From Octopus sinensis (Eukaryota): a stretch of DNA of 64,000 nt. This document shows positions 37,885 to 51,455 of this stretch, in pieces (position 1 is the first letter of the stretch; every line of letters begins with the position of its first letter). Both the position numbers and the translations under genes were made by a program. The notes under the pieces were generated by a model. That model did not search any database. It had not been told where the DNA came from and was given only the letters and a program-made list of their open reading frames with translations. Where the stretch lies: contig NC_042998.1 in NCBI RefSeq assembly GCF_006345805.1, positions 54,250,001 through 54,314,000 of the forward strand, in the 5' to 3' direction.

Positions 37885-38989
37885 TGTTGAGATGTGACAC
37901 GATTTGTCTCTACCTATTTTCGAGCCACTGATTGACATGTGACACGAGTGGTCTCTACTACGTTCGCACCGCTGGTTGTCATGTGACGCGATTTGCCTCC
38001 GCAGATTTTCGCGCCATTTGTTCCAAGGAGCCAATCGCAGCTTTTCATTTCTGAAGTTCGTTTGAGCCACATAAACCTTATATAAAGAAGTGTTCTCAGA
38101 CATTTTTCGTCTTTGGTTCTAGTCCTTCTCAGGACTAAACCTCTGACCACACAGAGCATACTCGACCATGTTCCGGTTCGAAAGGCAGGCGATCACCAAG
38201 CATAACTATCCACGAAGATTTAGCTTGTACACAAGATGTTACAGATTCATCTCATACTGTTAGTGTGAAAATATCACCACGAAAAGAACGGTTACAGGAT
38301 ATCTATAACTAGAGAAAAATAACCAAGCAGAATATATAATGAAGACGCAGCAAAAACCAAGCGACAGACACAACTCATCGCCAAACATCGTCTCTATCTA
38401 TGAAGATTTAATTTGTACACAAGACAACTACAGATTCAACTCTAGCGGTTAAGTGAAAATCTCACCAAGGGAAAAACGGCTATGGTTAATATATCTGGAA
38501 GTATATTCATATCAAGAGAAAGATAAACACAACAAGTGATTCAATTAATCTCAACTACGAGACGCAACATCTTGATATGGAACTCTTACACTCCGTGTAC
38601 CTCATAAACGGTAAATCAATTATCTGTCTTCAGTTCTAGTTCTTCTAAGAACTACTTTAAGCCATCTGCTACTATCTGTTGCTATGTCGATACAAACAAC
38701 ACAAGAAGCCTACTATATTCACTGCCCCCACCATCGGGTAACTTTTCTACGTCAATCACTTTCACCTGATTTGCTCTGTCGCGCTCACGAACACACGGAC
38801 ACAAAAACATGCTAACACTTACAAACTTCCAACATCAGCATGATTGTAAAATATGTGAAATAAATAATGTATATATCTCAAAAAGAAATCTTGTTGTCAT
38901 TCCACTTGTGTTCTATTGCCGCTGTATGTATTATATGGTCTGTAATATTTCATTAAGAATATGACCACGTGCGACCGTGTCTCCTACAC
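37885..38989 (+). mobile_element. Putative solo LTR or LTR-like CpG-rich element
   Basis: TG...CA ends with weak inverted similarity (TGTTGAGA / TCTCCTACA); CCAAT and TATA early, AATAAA near 38858. No TSD found. Confidence 0.45.
38031..38086 (+). promoter_or_regulatory. CCAAT box plus TATATAAA within the LTR-like element
   Basis: ccaat at 38031-38035 and tatataaa at 38079-38086, followed by a pyrimidine-rich tract. Confidence 0.35.
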
Positions 38990-39115
38990 GATACGATCGC
39001 ATGTGATCCTATTTTTTATAATAGCATTTACATCAACCTGAGGGTGCAATTTTCAGGCATTTGAAGCTTAATTCCAAGAAAGAAACTATTTGATATTTCT
39101 GGAGAGTCATCAATA

Positions 39116-39290
39116 ATGAATCAAGGTGATATTTTGCTAGAAGTATATACCTTCTGTTATCCAGGTGATCAAATTACTGCCGGAGATGTTTGTAATGAAA
39201 ATATGGAAGCGAAGGTAAACGGAGGAGGGGAAAGACTTCACAAATCTGTTGGTTACTTCTCTGAGCAACAAAGGGTTTCCCTTTTCTTTC
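39116..39290 (+). mobile_element. RTE LINE fragment
   Basis: GDILLEVYTFCYPGDQITAGDVCNENMEAKV resembles the post-RT RTE motif G..LE.V..F.YLGD.I..GGG....I.AR. Confidence 0.6.
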
Positions 39291-41014
39291 TCTCTCTCTC
39301 CCTCCCTCCCTCCCTGAGCACAAACAACAGACTATAAAATACCTGTAAATAGTGTGATGATGGCTAGCAGTAAAAAAATGGGTATTTAACAAAGATTTAC
39401 AGAGAATAGAGAGAAATAAATTTAGCATTATCTGTTGGATGTATAACATCAACTTAAGTTGAACACACACACAACACACAAACACGTACATAAATATATA
39501 TATATATATATATATTATATACATATATACATATATAACTTTTGGTGAATGATTTTAGATGAGTTTCACTTTTGTATTAAACATTAAGGATTTTTCCTTT
39601 CATTTACATCAAACAACATCATTTAATTACATCTTACAGTTCATTGCTGAATGACTAAAGAGTTTCCAAAGAGGGCTTATTATTAAACAGCTTATAAAGC
39701 CAATACAAGCCAATATAATGCTCAGATATTAGAGATGAAAATGATGATAAACGTGTTATGTCAGGTTATCTGTTGAATATACCGGGTTCTACTTTCAGCA
39801 TTGAATGATTCTGATTCATGTCGCTTCATCTCTTGCCATCATCAAAATGTAATCAGATTAGTGTGTATTCTTCATATCTACTTAGTAGAAAGGCATTTAG
39901 AAAATAAATATTCTTAACTAAATTGTGATAGAATGAATATTTAGCTTGCCAGAAAAACCAGCCAATGAGTATCCATGGATTTTAATGTCCTCTTCATTCC
40001 TCAGCAAGCAGCAGGTGATAAGTGAGAGTTGGAAAATAAAATTCACTTTTGAATAGATATAAATGACAAGCTTACTTGAAAGAACGTTCTGTACCTCACC
40101 CACAAACCAACTCTTGAACTGTACCAGGTGAAATAGTATGAAGGAAAATCTATGTCATCTTAATAGTTATGTACATAAGAAGTAACTGTTATTATTGAAT
40201 GTATCCATTTATAACCTGAGACTAAGATAAATGAGATGACAGACTTTTACATATATATATATGCTTTAAACTTCTTAAAAGGAAGAACATTTTATATGGA
40301 AAAGAAAACCTGTCGCTATCTAGCATTGTGATAATATGTGACATCTGAAATAAATCATAACAGAAGTTATGTAATATGGTTTATGTTAACATTGATATGT
40401 GAGAGCATTAGTGACATTCATGCACCAATACTTTACTCCTGACTACCATTTTTGAGAAAATCTTATTTACAGTCAGTCACAGCACTGATTTATAAAAAAT
40501 TTAGATCTTAAACAAATATTCAAGAATCCATTTTATTTTTCTATGATATATCACTATCAATGCCATCTTCATTATTTAATGTCCATTTTCCATGCTGGCA
40601 TGAGTTGAATGGCTTTGATAAGAGCTGACAAGCAAGATAGTTGCACCAGGTTCCAGTCTGATTTGGCTTCATTTCTATGGCTGGATGTCGTTCCTAACAC
40701 CAACCAGTTTACTGTGAGTACTTGGTGCTTTTTAATATGCATCTTACCAAATAACCTGAGAAATCTATAAGGAGCAGATGTAGATGCTTTTCAAGCAGTA
40801 ACTTAACCTTCTGCTGGCCAAGATCCCACACACAACTGCCTCAGGGCAAGAAACTCAAAAGAGGGCAGTAGTACCAAACTCTTTCCTACATCAAAAGGCA
40901 ATAATGAGAGAATGGCCACTGAAAAGGTGATGATACTGGCTGTGTCTCAGCATGGCCACAGCCTTTGGGTTGAGATGCATAAAAGAATAAAAGACTAAAC
41001 AATAAAATAAAATA

Positions 41015-41063
<49 letters not shown>

Positions 41064-41440
41064 GGCACAGGCAATGCTGTGTGGTAAGAAGCTTGCTTCC
41101 AACAGCATAGTTCCAGGTTCAGTCCCATTGTGTGGCGCCTTGAGCAAGTGTCTTCTACTTTAGTCTTGGGTCGACCAAACTCTTGTGAGTGGATTTGGCA
41201 GACAGAAACTGAAAGACGTACATGTGTGCGCGTGTCTTTGTGTCTGTGTTTATCTACTCACCATCGCCTGACAACTGATGCTGGTGTCTTTACATCCCTG
41301 CAACTTAGCAGCATAGCAAAAGAGACTGATAAAATAAGTACAAGGCTTACAAAGAATAACTCCTCGGGTAAATTTCTTTGACTAAAAAAAAAAACTTTTA
41401 AGCTAGTGCTCCAGCATAGCAGCAGTCAAATGGCTGAAAC
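41064..41440 (+). mobile_element. Near full-length SINE family A
   Basis: Same head, core and tail as the 17107 copy. Confidence 0.85.
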
Positions 41441-41578
41441 TTTGAAGTTTCAACCTGACGCCTCCCTTCTTGTTTAAGTTTAACAAACATAAACTCTACT
41501 AAAAAGTATTCAGCAATTGTTCAGTCTAAAGTTAAATCGTTAATACATATAACTTGACATAAAAACAAGCAACATATT

Positions 41579-41610
<32 letters not shown>

Positions 41611-42170
41611 GCATATATATATATGCATATATAAATATATATATATATGCAATATATAATATATATATATATATACTATATATATATATATATATATGCA
41701 TATATAAATATATATATATATATGCATATATAAATATATATATATATAAATATACATATATATATATAAATATATATATATATTATATATATATATATAC
41801 ACACACACATATATATATACATATATAAAGATATATATATAAATATAAATATATATATATACACATAAATACACACATAAATACACACACACACACATAT
41901 ACATAAATGTATGTATGTATTGTTTCCATAACAAAACATTTCTACAAATATTCTATAAATATTCGGCCATCCCAGCAGTAAGATTACCATACATTTCTAT
42001 GGCTATTGATTTATTCTGTCTGACTTATTATATCACAACTTTTACCTCTTTTACTCTTATATCATCTTTAACAACACTGTATGCACAAACATTTCCCATT
42101 TTCTGTCTGAACGAACTAGATTATTCAGCAAAGTCACATTTAAGAAGACTATTATTATTATTATTATAAA

Positions 42171-42865
42171 GGCAACAAGCTGGCAGGATCATTAGCACAC
42201 CAGACGAAATGATTAGCGGTCTTTCGTCTGCTGCTACATTATGAGTTCAAATTCTGCCAAGGTCAACTTTACCTTTCATCCTTTCAGGGTTGATGAAATA
42301 AGTACCAGTGACGCACTGAGCTCAATGTAATTGAATATCCCCTCCCCAAAATTTTCAGGATCAGAATCGAAATCGATCAATGGAAATTGCAGATGTGTTA
42401 CCAGTGCCGGTGGCATGTCAAAACTCTACTTGTGAAGACCCGTTAAGGCAAGTGAGGATCAGAATCGAAATCGATCAATGGAAATCGATCAATGGAAATT
42501 GCAGATGTGTTACCAGTGCCGGTGGCATGTAAGAGAACCTTCCGTTTCGCGACCGTTGCCAGCACCGCCCCGTTTCGTGTCCATTGCCAGCCTCGCCTGG
42601 CCCTCGTGCCGGTGGCACATAAAAAGCACCATCTGTTCGTGGCTGTTTGCCAGCTCTGTCTGGCACCTGTGCGGATGGCACGTAAAAAGCACCCACTACA
42701 CTCTCGGAGTGGTTGGCGTTAGGAAGGGCATCCAGCCGTAGAAACACTGCCAGATTTGACTGGGCCTGATGAAGCCTTCTGGCTTCACAGACCCCAGTAG
42801 AACCGTCCAACCCATGCTAGCATGGAAAACGGATGCTAAACGATGATGATGATGATGATGATGTG
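42171..42865 (+). mobile_element. SINE family B directly fused to a long SINE family C copy
   Basis: Family B about 42171-42355, then family C modules ending in (GAT)n at about 42860. Confidence 0.75.
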
Positions 42866-43117
42866 CCTACAGTAGAAATTATTATTATTATTATTATTAT
42901 TATTAATATATAAAGGATTGAGGTAACTCCTCAGTTGTGCAACATGTAGTTGAGTGGGGATATTTGATTTTACACTTACAAAACTAGTGATGCTTTTTTT
43001 TTCTAAATTTCAAAATCATTAGAGTACAGATGAAATTATTAATTTCAAGGCTTATATATGTATAAGATTGAAGGGGGATGGAAGTGGAATAGCATTTGAC
43101 AATTTAATACTGGTTAA

Positions 43118-43355
43118 CCCTTTAGTATTTAATCCAGCCATATCCATCCCTAATATCTGACCTGTTCTGGGTTCAAAATAGCCAGATCAGGCCTCACACA
43201 CTTCATCCTAAAAATAAACAATCCTAAAAATGCCAACCTAAAAATAAACAATCACATCATTTAAATCTTAAAGCTACGAGATAATGCGCGATTAATTCAA
43301 AACAATGTGAATAAATAAGCAATACATTTCACAGAATAAACTGAATGCTAAAGGG
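43118..43355. mobile_element. TTAA-flanked (piggyBac-like) MITE
   Basis: ttaa|ccctttagtatt...aatgctaaaggg|ttaa. Confidence 0.8.
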
Positions 43356-44559
43356 TTAATATGCTAAAGGGTTGATATACTGTAGGGTTCAAAAGTAGAG
43401 ATCTATCAAAATCATTAGCATGCTTGGCAAAATGCCAAACAGCATTTCGAATGTCCTTATGTTCTGAATTCAAACTCCAGTCAGGTCGACAAATTAAGTA
43501 CCAGTACTTAATCATCACTGGGGTTGATATAAATGACTTAAACCCTTCACCAAAATTGCTGGCCTTGTGCCAGAATTTGAAACCCACATGCTATAGAGCA
43601 CTTAGGTGCATGAAGTAAGTGGTTATGAGAAAGCAAAATAGAAAGTATTAAAAGGATGGTGATATCATAGTTGGATTTTACTAAATAACAGGATGTATTT
43701 GTTAATGGAATAAATTATGCAAGTCAGAATCTTAGTAATAAAAATATTAAGGGTTATTATTCTTTTATTACAATATCATTTGTAAAGACACTAAATTCTC
43801 TCACTTTATCTTGACCTTAAGTTTTCAAGTCAACTTGATCGCCTTGATTCTCTGTTCTACTCAGAGTTATGTAGAGGTGGTCATGACTGACTGACTATCA
43901 TTTGCAGCAGAAACAAACCTACTTTATTGAAAGACTAGACCTGTCATTTATTTGCTGTCATTGCAAATACTCGAATGATGGAAAACTGATTTCCTTTGGA
44001 GTAAGAATGCTAAGGCTGTGTCACTTCATATCAAATCATCATCAATGACAATCATTCTTCCTGCTTGTATCTTAATCTTTCTCACACACGTGCAAGTGCA
44101 CACACACACACACACACACACACACTCTCTCTCTCTCTCTCTCCTCTGTCTGCCTGTCTAACCATTCATCCACCCACTCAAAACCCACTCTCTCTCTCTC
44201 TCTCTCTCTGTTTCTCACAAGAATGACAGGGGATTTATTTGTCTCCTTTCAGTAATTTTTAACCTTTCTGCTTGAAGTCTTATTCCATTTTCTTCTTGTG
44301 TTATTGTAGATTGAAGTTAAGCAGCTTGTCTAGGACTGAAAACATCAAAATCTGATTCGCTTGCAGTATGTTTTGGAAAGTTGGTTATTTTCTTCCTTAA
44401 AGATAAATTTTTGCCTTCATATTGCTTGAATAATATCACTTGTTGAAGTAAAAAAATTGTTCTCAACCCACTATACAACATATATCCAACACAAGATCCA
44501 GTCCTTTTTGTGGTGTGGTGTGGTGTGGTGTGGTGACTTGTATACTTCAATGATCATGT

Positions 44560-44885
44560 GAGCTAAGCCAGCAGAAAGGCCTTCTATGCTGGACAAATCA
44601 AAGGATTGAGGCCAGACAACTATAGACTGCTTCTTCCTACAGGTAAAAGTGGGTTTGCATAGGGCCAACAGCCCTACCTAGTAAAAAGTAAAGTTACAGA
44701 AGCCTCGATGACAATTCAAAGACACAAGACCTGAGAGAGGAAGGTCTTCTCTCAGGGAAACATATGGTTCCCTTCATACTAAAGGAGTGACCCAACCAAC
44801 AGACCAGAGTCAAGAACAATAGAGGAAAGTTGTAAATGGCCTATACTTCATTAAGAGCATTAGGAGTTAAGGGATTAAATAAGTA
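44560..44885 (+). mobile_element. Non-autonomous RTE-like element (5' UTR-like part joined to a 3' end)
   Basis: gggtttgcatagggccaacagccctacctagtaaaaa resembles RTE 5' UTRs; ends ggcctatac...gggattaaataagta. Confidence 0.35.
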
Positions 44886-45580
44886 GCAATAATATGTTTT
44901 GTCTGTTTTAATGTTCTGAGTTTAAAATCCAATTAGGTCGACTTTACCTTTCATCCCTTTGGGGTTGATAAAATAAGTACCAGTTAAACACTAAGGTCGA
45001 TGTAATCAACTTAACCCCTCCCCCGAAGTTGCAGGCCTTGTACCAAAATTTGAAATTAATTTTATATTTGTCAGAGCTACAGTATGAATATTTAGAATGT
45101 AGAGTCCCATTCTGTGGAATTTCTTCCAGTCATTGTGTTAATATTCACATCCATACCCTTATACTTCCAGTCCCTTACTCTTCTTCTTTATGCTAGACTT
45201 CAATATTTGTTTTCTTCCTCTCAAACAAATCATCTCATTATCAGAGTCACTGATGAGGTGGGGCACTAAGAACTGAAGAACCTACTCCTTAGCTGCAGAG
45301 CCACACTGAAGCTCTGAGTGATGCTGAAGCTCTGAATTATGTTGAAGCCTTGAGTCATGCTGAAGCTTTTTGGCCATAGTAGAAGAGATGGTACCTGGAG
45401 AAAGGTACAAAACCATTGGGGAAAGTAAAAGTAGTGGGGAGTAGCAGCAAATGTAAAAAGAAAAGCATGAATATAGCCACCTTAATTTGATGCTAAACAA
45501 ATACTGTGTTGACTGAAGAGGATATTGAAATGGAATATCCAGGTGCCCCTAGTGGTTAAATGACTGATGATGCAGCATAT

Positions 45581-45882
45581 GGAGGCACACGGCCTAGTGG
45601 TTAGAGCAGTGGACTCGCAATCGAGGGATCGTGGGTTTGAATCTCAGACTGGGCGATGTGTGTGTTTATGAGCAAAACACCTAAGCTCCACGTGGCTCCA
45701 GCAGAAGGTAATGGTGAACTTCTGCTGACTCATTCACCACAACTTTCTCTCACTCTTTCCTCCTGCATCTTGCAGCTCACCTGTGACGGACCGGTGTCCC
45801 ATCCAGGTGGGGAACCTATACACCAAAGAAACTGGGAAACCAGCCCTTATGAGCCAGGCATGACTCGAGAAGGAACAAACAG
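45581..45882 (+). mobile_element. V-SINE-like element with tRNA-derived head
   Basis: Head ggcctagtggttagagc...gggtttgaatc with an anticodon-loop-like CTCGCAA; central cctgtgacggaccggtgtcccatccagg V-domain-like motif. Relatives at about 56688-56900(+) and 48108-48284(-). Confidence 0.65.
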
Positions 45883-46428
45883 CATGTTCTGAGACAACAT
45901 AATGGGTGGAGCTAAGGGAAAAGCAAACAATTCGAACATTAGAAGAAGACTCATTGCCCATTGTGGTGACAGTAGTGGAAGATCTAAGAGCTAAGAGAGA
46001 AGAACATCAGAGGTCTGGCAGCAGCTAAAAGACTACTATCCAGAAAACGTGAGGCCCTTCACACCTCAGCTAAAATAGAAGTAGCTTATAGGGATTTGAA
46101 CTCAGGATGCAAGGCGCCGGAATAAACGCTGCAAGGCATTTCATCTGGCTTCCTAATGAGACAGCCATTTCACAGTGAGATTATAATATTGAATTGACAG
46201 GGCCTTGCATATATTGTGGGCTGTGTCTGGCAGGGATATTTTTTGGACTGTGTGTATATTTATTTGTGAATCCTAGCATGATTATTTTATGTGTTTGTTC
46301 ATTTCCTTCTTTATCATATTTAATGTACCATATCATCATCATCATTATTATTATTATTATTATTATTATATTATTATTATTATTATATTATTATTATCAT
46401 TATAATTATTATTATTATTATCATTATA

Positions 46429-46463
<35 letters not shown>

Positions 46464-46749
46464 TTTAGCTCTTTCCCTTTATGAATCAACAGCTCCAGAA
46501 TGAAATCCAGTTACTCGTGTGAAATCTCCTTAAGGCTGCAGAGGTGCATTTGCCTCGTTTAGTTTGTTTGTGTGGGTCTTTTTTTTTTTTTTTAAATTGC
46601 AAAACTCCATTAACAGCATGGGTTTTAAAGAGGATAATACATTTTTGGCTATTTCCACTGAAGTAAATACCTGCCGGCTAAATGTATTTGGTTTTTAAAA
46701 AAAAAAAAAGAAAAAAAGATTATCAATATTCTTCTTCTTCTTCTTCTTA

Positions 46750-46995
<246 letters not shown>

Positions 46996-47589
46996 CCTAT
47001 GAAACAAACTTCCTGCAGTTTACCCCAAAGCAGAAACAAATGAAATTAATTATACCGTACATGAAGTATATGTAGCTAAAAAGTAAAAATAAAGTAAGAA
47101 AGTAAAAAAACAAAACAAAAGAGGAAGTGAAGGCAAACAAACAGGTAAAATAGAATGAGACAATGAACATCTATCTCGATGTGAAGTTCGTGTGAAATAT
47201 GGTAATACATACCAGAATGTAGCCTCAGAACATTTAGCATTAAAATGATTTTGCTCTTTATCTCGCAATTTTATTTATGTTTATTTACAGTTTTGCTTCT
47301 ATAGAATTATTGACTGCAAGAAAAGTTTGGTAAATGATAGCTGTCACCTAAAAAAATTCCTCTTCTAAATCATTTTATTTTCTTATAATCGTATTTTACT
47401 TCCTGTTTGTTTTCTTTTTTTTTTTCCATCGGAAATATAGTAATTGCAGTGAAGTTTAACTAGTTGAATAATTGCAATAACTTGTGAGTGTCTTTTTCAT
47501 ATTTTTTCTCTTTTTTTTTTCAATTATATAATGTCTTTTACAAATAGTCCTAAAAAAATTTTTCAGAGAAAAATATCTTGAGTGAAGAA

Positions 47590-47636
<47 letters not shown>

Positions 47637-48419
47637 CATACACACACACATATATACATACACATGTACACACATATATATACACACACACAAATATATA
47701 TATATACACATATGTATATTTATGTTTGTGTATAAATAGAGGATATAATCATTAAAATGATTAAATAAGTGGCCAGCATAAAATAACTAGCGTATCAGTA
47801 AATTTGATATCTAAGTATATAATTATAAATATAGAATTATAATTAGGGGCACTGGAGAGACAACGCCAATATGCTAGAAGTAGATGCCAAATGTTTACAA
47901 ACCACTCTAAATTTGTTCTCCTTTTGGCACAAGGTTGAATGTAGGGAAATCAACAAGAAGATTTAGAAAATTTTGGACAAAATTTTTTCAAAATTTATAA
48001 ATTATATATACATCATCATCATCATCGTTTAAAATTTGTTTTCTGTGCTAGCATGGGTTATATATATACATATATATTACTACTCCAGATGATCCAAATA
48101 ATAGAACAGTCTGCTCGCGGAATTAACGTGCAAGGGGCTGTGCACTCCACAAACATGTGTACCCTTAACGTGGAGCTTTAGGTGCTTTTGCTCAATAAAC
48201 ACTCACAATGCCCGGTCTGGGAATCGAAACCACGACCCCATGACCACAAGTCCACTGCCCTAACCACTGGGCCATTGTGCCTCCACCTATATATATATAT
48301 ATATATATATTATATTAATTAGAGACAAAACCACTATTATGCAAATCAAACAAAGACTTAAGCCAATACATAAAAAATGTATATATATGATGATATACAT
48401 TTTATACATATACATATAT

Positions 48420-48459
<40 letters not shown>

Positions 48460-49054
48460 TATATACATATACGTACATATATATACATATATACATACAT
48501 ATATATATATATACATATACATACATACATATATATACATCCATATATACATATATTCATATATATACACACACATATATACATACACACACACACACAC
48601 ACACACATATACATAAGGAGGTGGTTAATAATGAGGGCATTAAGGGATGTGGTAGTAGAGCTACAAAGTTGCTATTACCTCCTTTGACACCCTCACTATT
48701 AACCTCCTTCCTCTTTCTGAACTAGCTCTCTTAACACCTCCGACCATTCCCCTTCTTAATGCTGCCCATAACCCCACCAATCCTCTAATACGGCTAGCTC
48801 TCCACATTTAATTATTCCATCTTTGAATGCCTCTGCTTGAATATCTGAAATGCAAGATCTTTTCTACCCAGATGATGGAGGCTCATCTTATGCAATGTTA
48901 ATTGCTTCCATTATGGCTGCATGTTGTGATGCAGAAAAAAGTAGTATTTCTATCCCATGTGTACAGAAACCCAACTTTTTCCTGTCAAGGGCTTATATGC
49001 TCCAGAATTAGACTATTTTCTTTAGTCATTACAGTGACCACTCATAAGCTTTAA

Positions 49055-49288
49055 CCCTTTAGTATTCAGATCTCTTTGTCAAATGTATTAACTATTAATT
49101 CACATTATTTTGAACTAATCAGGTATTATTTTGTAGCTTCAAGATTTCAAAGTGTGTTTGTATATTTTTAGAATGGCATTGTAAGGTCAGTGTGAGAAGT
49201 TGGATCAGGTCAATTTTAACAAAAAAAAACCCCAAAAAAAACAGGGAGACTATTTGGGCCGGATACAGCTGGATTAAATGCTAAAGGG
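49055..49288. mobile_element. TTAA-flanked (piggyBac-like) MITE
   Basis: ttaa|ccctttagtatt...aatgctaaaggg|ttaa; opposite orientation to the 43118 copy. Confidence 0.8.
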
Positions 49289-49302
49289 TTAAGATTATAA
49301 AC

Positions 49303-49337
<35 letters not shown>

Positions 49338-50769
49338 CACTCATATATATATACATACATACATATATGTAACCATACCTACATACACATCAATATATAA
49401 AAATATATATATACATATATACACATATATATAACCATACCTACATACACACACATATATAAAAATATATATACACATATATACACATGTACATATATAT
49501 ATAATCCAAGGGTTAATTTAATTAATTAATTAATTAATACAACCAACTTACAGTGAGCATGGGGTGCATTTTTTCATGCCACTGGATTTAGTGACATCGC
49601 CAAATAAGTGGCAAAAAAGAAAAAAACAGAAAAGAGAGAAGCTTCCTTGACTAAATTGAGGTGGGGGTATTAGTGAAAGGGAAGTGGCTTTATGCCAGGT
49701 GCTTACATTTGTTTCTATCATAAGGAATCATGTACCCAGAGTTGAGTCCAATACAACATTTTATAGCTTCATCAGAGCTATTTAAATGAGCATTTCTTTA
49801 TCATGGAAATCATTTTAGTGTATGATTGCGCACATACAAACACACATATATGTGAATCTACACCTGTTATATTTCTATATACAGACACCCATATATCTGT
49901 ACGTGTTCTTGCTACCATCCATATCAGTGAATTTTAATAAAGTCATTATGCTTGTCTATTAAATCTATACAACACTTGAATCATTCCTTTTATTCTAATA
50001 GTAAAAAAAAAAAAAAAAAAAAATTTAACTCACAGTAGACCTCCAGCCTAGTTAATAGCACTCTACATTAGAGATACATGAAATACATGAACATAAGTGA
50101 ACATATGATTTGAAAAATAGAAAAAAAGCCTCAGCCAGATAGAGGATGCGTTGTGCAAAATAAAAAAAACAAAAAAAAAACAAGCTTAATAAAATCAATT
50201 TTGTTCTTTTAGAGGATACCATGTCTTCAGAAACTGAAATAGATAAAGAGTCACATTCTTTTTGAAACACCACAACCAATCAAGTAAAATCTTACTGTTA
50301 TCTTTCAAAGACTTTTCTTCTAACTATAGTCATTTCAATATAATTCGAGGCTAAACTAAATTAGATTTTAAATATACACAAAGAAATTGGATCCTAATGT
50401 TAATATTAAATTAACATGCACTCTCTGCTGATTAAAGCAGTGTGTTTCTAACAATGCATGAGCTAAGAGTAAGAAAATTTGGCTCTGAAATTTGCATAAT
50501 ACACAACACTTTTATCAAAATTAGAATTCCGTAATAGCAACTGGAAAACAATAGATGCCCATGTATAAGTGATAGCGACTGCTAAATTCTGCCTGTGCTG
50601 ATTTGGTCAGCTGTATGTGACATATCTAGCAGAATATCAAATAGAAGAGAAAGAGAGGTCCTTATAGTAATCTTTTGGGACAAATCATTGTTTACAAAGA
50701 GAAAGAAAATAAGCTTTCAAAAGCAACAGATAACTAAAAGTAAATAAAAGAGCATAGAAATATAATCTC

Positions 50770-51455
50770 TGTCTATCACACAGGCATGACTATGTGGTTT
50801 AGAAAGCTTGCTTTCCAACAATGTGGTCTCAGGTTCAGTCTCACTACACGGTACCATGGGCAAGAGCCTTCTACCAAAGCCCAGCCATGTGAATGGATTC
50901 AGTCGAGGAAACTGAAAGAAACCTGTCACACAAGCACACCATATATAAGTGTGTGTGTGTGAAGCTTTGTGTTTGTCCCGCACCGTGACTTGACAACTGG
51001 TGTTGGTTTATTTATGTCACCATAATTTAACAGTTTGGCAAAAAGGAATGATAGGATAAGTACCATGCTGGAATAATAGATTAAGTACCAGGCTAAGTAC
51101 CAGATACAATAAGAAATTAAATAACTACTGGGGCTTGATTTGTTTGATCAAATCTCTCAAGGTGGTGCTCCAGCATGGCTGTAACCAATGACTGAAACAA
51201 GTAGTAAATGGTAAAAGATGAACGCTATGCATTATGTGTGTGTGTGTGTGTATGCAAAGACTCACTCATGCCACACACACACATGAACACACTCGTGCTT
51301 GTACAACAGGCTTCTTTCAGTTTCTTTCTACCAACTCTACTCACGTGGTTGGGCTATAGTAGAAGGCACTTGCCCATGGTACCATGCAGTGAGACTGACC
51401 TAAGGCCACATTGCTTGTAAGCAGGCTTCTAAACCACACAGTCACACCTGTATGA
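50770..51455. mobile_element. Two SINE family A copies tail-to-tail
   Basis: Plus about 50770-51200, minus about 51300-51455. Confidence 0.7.

Noticed and set aside
44317-44550. ORF containing SESDFDVFSPR, faintly like KATNIP SDDSDIFNQP
   Set aside because: Ends in a stop without a donor, and the similarity is low-complexity.
45522-45552. CTGAAGA followed by hairpin GGATATT/AATATCC
   Set aside because: No GAAA, stem III or NUH after the hairpin, so not a hammerhead.
45581-45655. Possible tRNA gene
   Set aside because: Poor acceptor and T-stem pairing, and it runs directly into a SINE body; a tRNA-derived head only.
50212-50220. GTATCCTC U12-like donor on the minus strand
   Set aside because: Imperfect consensus and no homologous exon upstream.
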